From contig CM035360.1 in the NCBI GenBank assembly GCA_020137815.1, positions 7,626,001 to 7,690,000 of the forward strand: a stretch of 64,000 bases of DNA. Reading direction: 5' to 3'. Below are positions 35,116-46,600 of this stretch, in pieces. Both the position numbers and the translations under genes were made by a program. This stretch comes from Hormiphora californensis. Its lineage: Eukaryota > Animalia > Ctenophora. The notes below the pieces were generated by a model. That model was not told the DNA's origin. It searched no databases and saw only the letters and a program-made list of their open reading frames with translations. Positions within the stretch are counted from its first letter, which is position 1; every line of letters begins with the position of its first letter.

Positions 35116-38100
35116 ATGCTAATAGTTGCTGCTGTTGCCGTTCTAAGGAGATCTAATATCCGAAACTGCCTAGTCAGGACATTCACCATGACTGCGAAGA
35201 AAGAGTTTGAACGTCTCCCCACCTCTGTTAAGCCTGTTAACTACAACATCAGGCTGCATCCAGACCTTGAAAAATTCACTTTCACTGGTGTTGAGGTCAT
35301 CGATGTAGAGGTGAGAGTTCATTGAATGGTGTCCCTGGTTCAATCACTTGCTGGGAATATGAGAACTACTACATATCTAAACCGCACAGTAACCACATAT
35401 CTCTCTCCTATCAGGTTAAGCAGTCATCTCGTACCCTCAAGATGAACAGCGCTGAGATCGAGGTGAAGTCAGCTACCTTCATCTCCTCTGGGAAGACAAT
35501 GACCTCCACTGCCATTACAACGTGTGATGAGGATGAAACTCTGACCGTGTCATTCGACTCTGATATGCCTGTTGGAACTGGGCAGGTGAAGTTGGATTTC
35601 ACTGGAATTCTCAATGATAAACTCCGGGGTTTCTATCGCAGTTCCTATACTGGTGAGTAGTAATTAATTAGGTCCCGTGTAATTAATTAATTCAATTACC
35701 ACCATCCCTCAGCTGGTGATGGGAGTCTAAAGAGGATTGCTGTGACACAGTTTGAGTCTACTGATGCCAGGCGAGCCTTCCCCTGTTGGGACGAGCCTGC
35801 TATTAAGGCTACCTTTGATGTCACCCTGGTGTCCCCAGTTAAAACTGTTGCTCTCTCTAACATGCCTGTCATCAAGGAGGTATATTACTTGGTTCAAACA
35901 TGTTTTAACATAGAGCTGGAACTGATCCAAATAAATAACATATTTTGAAACATTTCAGAACATTGAAGGTGATCTGAAAGTGACAACATACGACCGGACT
36001 CCCATCATGTCAACCTACCTTGTTGCCTTTGTGATCGGAGAGTTTGATTATGTTGAGGGAAAGGATAGGAACGGTGTTCTCATCAGGACCTACACTCCAG
36101 TTGGTTAGTTAATGACACATTGCTAATACTCTTGTCTAATTAATAGTTGTCTTCATTCCCTTCTCTCCTTCTCTCTATCTAATAGTGATATGTCTGTCTT
36201 CATCTCTCTCTATCTAGGCAAGAAGGCCCAGGGAGAGTTTTCCCTGGACGTGGCAATCAAGACCCTGCCATTCTATAACGACTACTTCGAGATCCCCTAC
36301 CCTCTTCCTAAGCTGGATCTAATTGCCATCCCTGATTTCTCAGCAGGTAATGATATCCTTTTCTACAGGTCGCTCAGAGCGGGGCCAGTTCGCACTCGAT
36401 GTGGCTATCAAGTGCCTACCATTCTACGCTGATTATTTTGGCATTGATTATAAGCTTCCAAAATGTGACATGATCGCCGTACCACATCTCGATTTTGGTG
36501 TGTGTGTTTTTCCTTTGTGTGATATATCACACTAGATACATCACACTAACATATCCCTCTTACAGGGGCTATGGAAAACTGGGGACTCGTCACCTACAGG
36601 GAGACTGCTCTCCTAGTTGACCCTGAGAATACCAGCTCCGGAACTAAACAGTGGGTCGCCCTCGTTGTAGGTACGTCTGTGAAGTGTTTCTATTAATTGA
36701 TGCTGTACACATGTGCACATGTCTACACACATAATCTTATTTCCGCACCTTATTTTACACAGCACGTCATTTTGCAAACAATTGCTGCAGAATAATGTGA
36801 GTGTGTAGGTTTGTTCGTCTGTGTGCATAGTGCTGCACAGTGTGAATCTCCTGTTCTTTCTATCTCTGGGCTATCTCTTTGATCTCTCTCTCGCCCATAC
36901 CTTACTTATAACCCCACTATTGATGCATGGTACATTCATACTGCCTCGCTCACATAATAATACATAGCGCCATAGCAACCAGAGAGTTGAAAAGTGCTCA
37001 AATATCACTTAACAAGTTATATCTTTCTTTCTTTCTTCCATTACTCCAACGATTCTCTTTGCTTTCCTTTTCCACATCAAGCAATCTCTTGTTTAAACAT
37101 GTGTCGATTTTCCCTGTTTGACATGTAACCTACTGCCGTTCATTGTAACCTAGTAATAATTCCCTGCCAGGTCACGAACTGGCCCACCAGTGGTTTGGTA
37201 ACCTAGTCACCATGGAGTGGTGGACCCATCTCTGGCTGAATGAAGGGTTTGCTAGCTGGGTTGAGTTCCTTTGTGTTGATCACTGTTTCCCTGACTGGAA
37301 CATCTGGCTGCAATACGTTAACAGTACGTTGTTGCTGCTATTTTGTTTCCTTAATCAGTTTTCAAAACTTGTAGCTGTGCTCTCTCTCAGTACATGATAC
37401 ACATTACACAGTATGTGGTGTATATCTTGTTTACCTCCCCCACAGTGAGTTTGAAGAGGGCCCTCCAGCTAGATGCCCTGGACAGTTCTCATCCCATTGA
37501 GGTGCCTGTTGGACACCCTAACGAGATAGACGAGATCTTTGATGCTATCAGTTACGAGAAAGGTACTGATAGAAACTTTTTTGTCACTTTCGGTCTTGAC
37601 TCGTACAAAGTGTTTCGAAAGTGATCTGGTAACTGGTTAAAACTCGTAAAATAGATTTCTTCATCTCATGATTTCTTCTCCCCAGGAAACAGTATCATCA
37701 GGATGTTGCAGAACTGGCTGGGAGCTGAACCTTTCAGGAAGGGGCTCGCTCTCTATCTGAAGAAGTTCCAGTATAGTAACGCCTTCACTGAGGATCTCTG
37801 GGCTGCTCTGGAGGGCAGCAGTGGACAGCCTGTTAATAAGGTACTGGGGACTTGGAATAGGGGGTGGAGTAGCTGTCAGTCCATAATCCCCTAGAGAGAC
37901 CACTATCACATCGTGCCCTCTACTTTTAGTAATTTCTTCCTTCCCAGGTACATTCCCCCTCCACCCTCAACTAACTCCCAACCCCTCTCCCAGGTGATGT
38001 CCACATGGACCTCTCAGATTGGATTCCCTATGATAACTACAGAGCTGGTAGAGACAACAGACGAGGTGAGGATCAAGGTTAGGCAACAGAAGTTCTGTGC

Positions 38101-40093
38101 TAATGGAGATGATAGCAGCACTCAGAGTTGGTTTGTACCCATCTCTGTTATCAGCCAGAGCAACCCGGATAAGGCAACATGTTATTTGTTAGAGGGCAAG
38201 GAGGGAGAGATCCTTGTGGAGGGTGCGAAACCTGGCGACTGGATCAAAGTCAATCCTGGTCTTATTGGTGAGTGGGACTCCTTGGTGTAGTTAGAACAGT
38301 AGGATCAGATTCTCTTTGCTAAAATGTTGCATCTCTCTCTCCCTCCCATACTCTCCCACGTCCACATCATTGCCTCTCTTTTAACATCCCCCCTCCAGGA
38401 ATGTACAGGTTGAACTACAGCGATGAAATGTTGAAGAGGCTGCTACCAGCTATCAAGAACCAGGCTCTTGGTGCTGCTGATAGGCTGGGTATCCAGGAGG
38501 ATCTCTTTGCCCTCGCTAAAGCAGGTTCGTGTAATAAATTGGTCTTGGAGAGGCGGTATGAGACTGATTACGTCGCTGATCCTAAGCGAATTAAAATATT
38601 TTGCCTTTCTTTTTTATGATGATGATCCTATGATGTAACCCCCAGGTTATAACAACACCGCTAATCTGCTGACTCTGATGGGAGCCTATGTCAATGAGAG
38701 GAACTATGTGGTACTTAGCAGTATCAATGGTAATCTCTCCGAACTGGGATCTCTATTCAGCCACCTGCCATGCTACACTCAGGTAACGGGGTGGCTAATC
38801 ATACAAATTACTTTTGATATATTCTCACTCTTATCGGTGAACTATTATTTGATTTGTCAATTCTCTCCCCCTTCTCTCCTTCACAATTCTAACCCACTCC
38901 CCCTCTCCCACAGTTCAAGGCGATGCGAAGGAGGATATTCTCGAGGATCTTGGAGGAGGTCGGTTGGGAGAAGAAGGAGACTGACGGACACACTGACTCC
39001 CTCCTGAGGAACATGCTGGTCGTTACCCTAGGGAAGAGTGATGATGAAGCAGGTGCTCGGCCCGATGCCAGGAACTCTTCAACACCCACTACACGTGAGT
39101 AGATTGGGGACATGGTGATTGACCATTAGGGGCATTAGAGATGCAGATACTTTGTTTACCGTGTTTCCAGACTGATAATTTCTAAATTGACTGTTCATGG
39201 ATTTCTACTGTATCTTGTTACAGGGGTGGTAAGCAGATAGAGGCTGATATTAGGGGAGCAGTGTACCTGACTGTCCGACAAGATGGTACAGATGAGACCT
39301 ATAGGAAACTAATGGATCTCTTCAACAAAACAGATCTACACGAGGAGAGGGAGAGGGTACAAAGGATCTTGGGAACCGGGTAAGATATAATAATGTTATG
39401 ATTTAAATCGCTATTTATATCGGGGTTTAATCCATGTTTAAACATCTGTAAGAGCCCGTTGGTGGTATGCTATTATCTAAAGTGAAATAAAATACTTTTA
39501 TTTGCGGTTGGCTCTAGTTACATCTGTTTTTGTTCACGCCTCATTATTTTGTAACCCGACCCCCACAATGACCCAACCCCTACTGTTTCCAGACCAAATG
39601 CAGCTCTACGAAGCGAGACCCTTGAGTTTGCAATGAGTGAATCAGTCCGATCTAACGACACTCCATTTGTTATCCACGGTGTTGCCAATGCTGGACCTGA
39701 GGGCAGGGACCAGACGTGGGCCTTCGTTAAGAATAAGTTCCCGGTATTCCTTGAGAGGTACTCAGGAGGGTTCCTCTTCACCAGACTTGTCCAGGTCACC
39801 TCTAATTTCACCACCATGGACCACTACAAGGATATCGAGGTGAGATGTTTGGAAATCCGAAGAGGTGGGGGGGGGGGGTTAGTCGATATTGATATTGGGT
39901 ACCCCGATCATTTAGATTGATGACCCTAGATTTATCAATATCACCTCACTTTCAGAAATTCTTCGCGGAGAACAAGGCCCCTTCAGCTGAGAGGGCGGTT
40001 AAACAGAGTCTGGAATCTATCAAACTCCGAGCTGCCTGGTTGGAGAGGGATGGTGAGAGTGTCGCTCAGTGGTTCACCGAACAAGGACTCTAG
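35116..40093 (+). CDS. NPEPPS: Puromycin-sensitive aminopeptidase (M1 family) with mutually exclusive exons
   Basis: [97 protein letters not shown]; stop TAG 40091-40093. Confidence 0.95.
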
Positions 40094-40648
40094 ATAGTTC
40101 CCCATTATTTCAGTTTTTTGCTCGCTCTGTTAATTGGAGTTAGCGTGTTTATTGTTCCATACTTATACCACATGAACACCCCAGTTTCCTAATTTATATC
40201 CACCCCCATGATTTTGTTTGAAGATATATTTATAGTGTTTTTATTACCTAATTGTCCCTCTAAATTATATCTCACTCTCTATCTCCCTCTCTATAGCTGT
40301 AGTATGATGGTCGCCCTCCTATGTTAGCCCTAGCTATGCGGAGGGACATGTAATGGCTGTACGACAGGTACGGATTTATTGGGTTATTACAATTTCCACA
40401 ATATGGCCTTACTAGGAATACACACCCCCCTACCAGCAGTTAATATTGTGGCACATTTCCCAATTCCCTGACAACCGGCCACCATCGTCATAGGACGTGC
40501 AGGATCGTTTCTCCTTGCACAACCCCTCCCTGACTCCTACCTCCCCTTAGAGAAAGTTACTCCTCTGATCCCCCTCTCGACTCTATTTCAGGATATCTCC
40601 CCCAATCCCCATAGCTCATCTCCCTCCCTATTGCAGGATATACTGAAG

Positions 40649-43600
40649 ATGTTTCTACAGCGGGCACTGGAGAAGATACTCGCTGATAAGGAGATAAAGA
40701 AGAGTTACAATTCTGAGATTAAACAAGAATGCGAAGAGAAACTTAGTAAGCTCCCATCCTGTTTCACAGTTCTTCTACACATAACACTGTGTTACATGTC
40801 AAGTTCTAACTCCCGTTCTCCCCCCATGACAGAGCAGATAAAAGCGGTGATAATTCCAGATGGGGCTGGCACAGAACACCTTCCTGCCTCAGGGGATATC
40901 AATGCAGACCATTACTTTAGACCCTTTCAAATGGCGTGCAGATCCCGATCACCCAAGATTGTCAGTAATGCTATTGACTGCCTACAGAAGTTGATGGCTT
41001 ATGGGCAACTAACAGGTTAACACTGCAGTGATAAGACACACACTCTAACATCCCACGTGCAAAATAAATCCGCACACGAGAAAGGTAGGTAGACAAATTC
41101 ATTAAATCCGACCCTACTCCATCATCTCTCTCTAGGTCAGTCAATGGATCCAGATAACCCCCAGCGGAAACTAATAGATGCAGTGATAGAGACAGTGTGT
41201 GAGGCATTCCATGGTGTAAATACTGATCCAGATGTAGAGCTACAGATAATCAAGGTATTTACAGGAACACCTGTGTGGTCAGTGGAACTGTTGTGTTACC
41301 CTTATAACAAATGTCCTGACTAATGAACAATCCAATCCTCGCCTCCCTATTCCCCAGGCACTACTAACACAAAAACCTCACAGGCCCTGTTAACAGCGGT
41401 AACCAATGTTAACTGTGAGGTACATGAGATGACGCTACTTACTGCAATCAGATGCTGCTATAACATCAACCTATTCACTAAGAGCAATGTTAATTCAGCA
41501 ACAGCCAAAGCAACACTCACTCAAATGCTGAGTGTGTGTTTCACACAAATGGAACAACACGTAAGTCTTGGTATTGTTATTGATGTTACCTCCCCCCATA
41601 TCAAGTGTATGTGGCACATCCCCATGACACAGTCGGGGATCGATTAGTGCGGGCCGCGCGGTGTCTTGGTTGTGTCGAAAGTACAGCGTTTCAGCAGCAG
41701 AGTCGCGCGTCCAGTGAGTCCTTCCCGTATTGAACATACACCTCCACGCAATCAGCACACAGTTAATTGCCAATTATCAGCCCTGTTAACAACCCCCCCC
41801 CCCCTTTAGTCGGAGCATCTCGTTAAGAAGCCTGAGGTGGTGAAAATAACGACCAGTTCAGCGGAGCCCCCTTCCTCTGATAATGGGGAGGAGGGAGAGA
41901 AGGGTCGAGGGGAGGAGGGAGAGAAGAGTCGAGGGGAGGAGGTAGCACATGGGACAGAGAACGAAGCACCGTCAGAGCAGACTGAGAAGGATGGAGAGGA
42001 TATTGATATCTATTCTTTCTCTCTGGGTCTGGTGCAGAATGTAATCGATGCCGCTATAGTAGAGGTCGAGGTAAGTACATCACTGAGCTTTGTAATGACT
42101 CTTGAATCCGGTAGCCACTAAAACCACTCTTTATAGGGCCCACAGCCCATCTCTGCTGATGATTCGATGTTCAATGTTACGCAGCCTTGTGATGACACGC
42201 AGACAGAAAGTAGTGAAACAGCCCACACACAGAGTGAGGGGAGAGAGGAGGAGGAGGATGAAGATAGAAAAGAAGAAGAGGAGGAGCCTGTAAAAGTAGA
42301 GGAACCGAAACGTAAAGGGGTCAAGTTTGATAGTATCTACATGAGAGATGCATATCTTGTATTGAGGACGCTTTGTAAGATGACCATGCAGCCCTTACCT
42401 GAGGGACCTCTCGACCCAAGGTTGAAACGAATAACTACCGAAATAGATCGAAATGGAAATAAAAAGACAATTGTAACAACTAACAAATAACAACTCTCTC
42501 TCTCAGGTCTCATGAGATGAGAAGTAAGATGTTGGCACTACAACTCCTCCTAAGTGTAATGCAGAGTGCTGGTCCTGTCCTACGAACTCATAAAACATTT
42601 GCTCAACTCATCAAACAGTTCCTGTAAGTGCCCAACTATAAACATGGTTACACATATATAGCCATTGTCTGTAGAGTTTTAACTTTTAGCGCTGTTATCT
42701 TATCATTCCCTCCCGGATGCCCGATCCGAGTTGGATATCTGTAGTGCCGATTGAATATGGAGAATGCCACTTTGTTCAGAGTTTTACCCGACTTGTTTGC
42801 AGCATTCACAAATGGGTTTACATCTTATCCGGCAGTTTAACACACAGTACAGCAACACAAGCAGGGCCATGAACAATCCCATGGGGACCAGGAACCGGGT
42901 CATTCGAACAGAGATGGGTTCAGTAGTGGGTGGAATCATATCTAGAAGAGGGAGAAGAGTTGTTACAATCACACGATCTTTATTTGACCATATTACTCAA
43001 GCAGCAATAACATGTTATAACAGCAGTGATATGCAGTGCATCTATAAAACAATCAACTTGTACCTCTGATTCTAAGAAATAAGAAGTCAACTGTAGCAGC
43101 TAGGGGGATATCAAGAGATACAATGTGTTATGCAAACTTCAGATAACTCTTTCGAGCACTGTTACCAGAAAATCAAGAGATGATTGTGAAATCGAATGGG
43201 TGGTTGCCTTTTGTTCTTACATATCTGACCTCGAAAAAAGCATAAAAAGAATCGCTCATTTATATCTCAACCCCTAGCTGCTAGAAAACTACTACAAAAA
43301 ACTACTACAAAAAACTCCTACAAAAAACTACTACTAGATATGATGAATATATCCCCAGGTGTGTAGCGTTAAGTAAGAACGGTGTCTCCTCCGACCCCTC
43401 TGTATTCGAGATATCCTTATCCATCTTCCTGATATTGGTTCAAAGTTTCAAACATCATCTTAAAATGCAGATAGAGGTTGGTTTATTGATGATCTGATGA
43501 TTTGGCCACAGTTCGTGTTGTTTCCCTTATCTATGTTCTGTTTGGGGCCCTCTGTTTGATTATCGTTGTTTCTTTGCAGGTGTTTTTCAAAGATATCTTC

Positions 43601-46600
43601 CTGACTATGTTGGAGTCTCCCTCCTCATCTTTCCAGCACAAGTGGTTTGTCATGAGGGCCCTGGCTAAAGTCTGTGCGGATCCCCAGGTATTGTATAGGA
43701 GACACAATTCCCTGTTCCTACTTATGTTATCATAGTAGTTGTGAAAAAATCTACTTGTATGAAAGCCCCTAACTAACTCCCTTCCCAGATTATTGTGGAC
43801 ATCTATTTGAACTACGATTGTGATATGATCCTGGATAACATATTTGAGAGGCTAGTTAACGATATTACCCGCATCGTCCAGGTACAGTTCAGACTCTACA
43901 GTCCCAGTCTTGTTCAGAACAACCACAGGGTCTTGAACAGCAATATATCCTGATTCACCACTCCAACAGACAGTACCTCTCTACAGATCCCACTATAGAT
44001 AGGATCCCATAAACTGATATATAAACTTCCCTTATTATTCAGGGTAACTTGACGGAACATGGCTTGACACCAACCCAGGAACATCAGTTAAGGCACAAGG
44101 GCATGGAGTGTTTAGTATCGATACTAAAGTGCCTTGTAGAGTGGAGTAAGGATATGTACAAGCGACCTGAGATGCAGGCACCCACATCAACAGGTAAGAG
44201 GTGTAGAATGGGACACAAGCATAAATAAAGATAAAGAAATAATCGGAAATGAATTGGAGTATTTTCCAAGTAACTAGGTCAAACAATGGTGTTTTAGGGA
44301 GAAGGTAGGGCCTTTGTCTATCGACATTAGAAATATCACAAAGTAATACAAGTTTTTAATTTTTTACTAATAGTTTCATGCTTTCGCAATCGTCAGAAAA
44401 AAGAAGAAAAAAAACGATTGCGAAAGCATGAAACTATTAGTAAAAAATTAAAAACTTGTATTACTTTGTAATCAGCTCCAGAATCTTGATCCTGTCGAGC
44501 GCTTTACCAGCAATCCCTTTACAAGCAAAGACATTAGAAATATGTAAATAGAGCCATGCTAGGTATAATAGGGATGGGTCATTGAGCAATATACAGTCGG
44601 ACCCCGATTTAGGGCCCCCCGATTTAGTGGCACCCCGATTTAGGGACAGGATTTTTTTCCCCCAATATAGGAAATTAACCTTATTTGACCCCGATTTAGT
44701 GGACACCCCGATTTAGTGGACAAGAGCCTTTCCCCCGAGGGTGTCCCTAAATCGGGGTCCGACTGTACCAATTTGTATCCTCGGGGTGTGTGTGTCTGTG
44801 TGTGTGTGTACCTTCCGTACTTCCACCCACTTGCTGACGATGGGGAGCAGCGTTCCCTTATTGCAACAGTGATCTCCCCAGTACACACGAGCTACCACAA
44901 GCGCCCAACCCACATCCCTGCCCAGTATTGTCTTCAGCTTGGACGGGTTGCCCCGTCTCTGTCTCTGACATAACTATCCCTTTACCCCCTTTACCTATCC
45001 CGGGGTGTGACCTAAAACCATATTCGCTACGATTGGGTCATTTAGCTCCTCTCATTACTTTAGCTCATCTCATTAAATCCTCCTTTACCCTCTTTTTTAA
45101 CAGAGCCTGCAGACAGGGGAGATACATTAGGAGATAAGCTGCAAAGTACCCTCCATGATGCTAGCCCTCCCCGGGCCCTAACTACGAGGTCTGGATCAAT
45201 GAGCTCCCTTACATCAGCAGGACTAACAGAAACTGGTCTGGATAACCCGCTAGAGGTGAGGATTGGGTACAATAAATAGTGCGCCCAGTCCCCACGGGGC
45301 GGGGAGCCTGTACTGCATATATTTTGTACCTTGCGTGATCGTGCTATAAGTAGTAACTACAGCAGTCTATTGTTTAGTGTGAGAAAACTATTAAGTTAAA
45401 GTCCATTCTCTCTGCGCTTTTAAATAACTCTTTATATATTCAACCCCCCGCTACAATTTCAGTTTGAGAATATGAAAAGACAGAAGAGTATTCTAGAGCA
45501 AGGGATAGAGCGGTTCAATAAGAAGCCCAGAAAGGGACTGGAGTTTTTACAAGATGCGGGTTTACTGGGAACTAAACCGATCGATGTGGCAAAGTATGTT
45601 TAGAGAAGAATGTTGTGTATTGTATTGAGAGCATCCAAATGTTATTGTCTAGGTACAATGTCTAGAGACTGACAAATATCTCCTACACAGGTTTCTCCAC
45701 GCAGATGAGAGGCTTAGTAAGACAATGGTGGGTGAGTTGCTGGGTGACGAGAAGGAGGACTTCAAGGCCATAATGTCCTGCTATGTTGACGAGCTGGACT
45801 TCTCGGATATGCCGATAGTGACTGCTCTGAGGGTCTTCCTGGCTGGATTCAGACTACCTGGAGAAGCACAGAAAATAGATAGGTACGCGACATCCAGGGG
45901 GATGATTGATCTAACATCCCGGGCACTGACTGTGTTTTAATTAATTATGTTACCTAGTCCATGCATAATGAAGTGAATCCCCCTCTAATCCCCTAGTATA
46001 CATCACTTCATCATGATGCTATCTAGTATATCTCTCCTCCAACAGGCTAATGTTGAAGTTTGCCCAGCGCTACTATGAGAACTACCCCCAGCTGGAGGAT
46101 AAAGTGTTTGCTAGTGCCGATACATGTTACGTTCTGGCCTACTCAATTATCATGCTGACCACAGACCTACACAATGATCAGGTAGAGGTTACAAACTAGT
46201 TACACAGACCTACACAATGATCAGGTAGAGGTTACAAACTAGTTACAAACTAGTTACAACCTAGTTACAAACTATACTTACAAACTACAGTCGGACCCAG
46301 ATTTAACGAGAAAGAAACAAACTACAAAACAAGCTCATTGATTCAACAAAACAAGGAATTAATTGTCCGTGCGTGACATTGAATCTTGCGAAATATAACT
46401 AACTAGATAGGTACCGTAACGCAAAGTGAACGCAACAAGAACAATCTAATCGCTTCTATTTTATTTCTACCCATCTTTGTAACTCACCGCAAATAAAAGT
46501 GAAATGATTCTAAATTTGCAATTGTTCCAGTTGCACCACTCATGAATATGATATGTAATAAAAAGTAGGGCTATATAGATGTAAATCACCAGTCTTTCTT

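Noticed and set aside
44800-45335. Intronic hairpins (GTGTGTAC/GTACACAC, GACGGG/CCCGTC, GGTACAA/TTGTACC)
   Set aside because: No consistent box motifs; cannot be distinguished from chance folding without covariation data.
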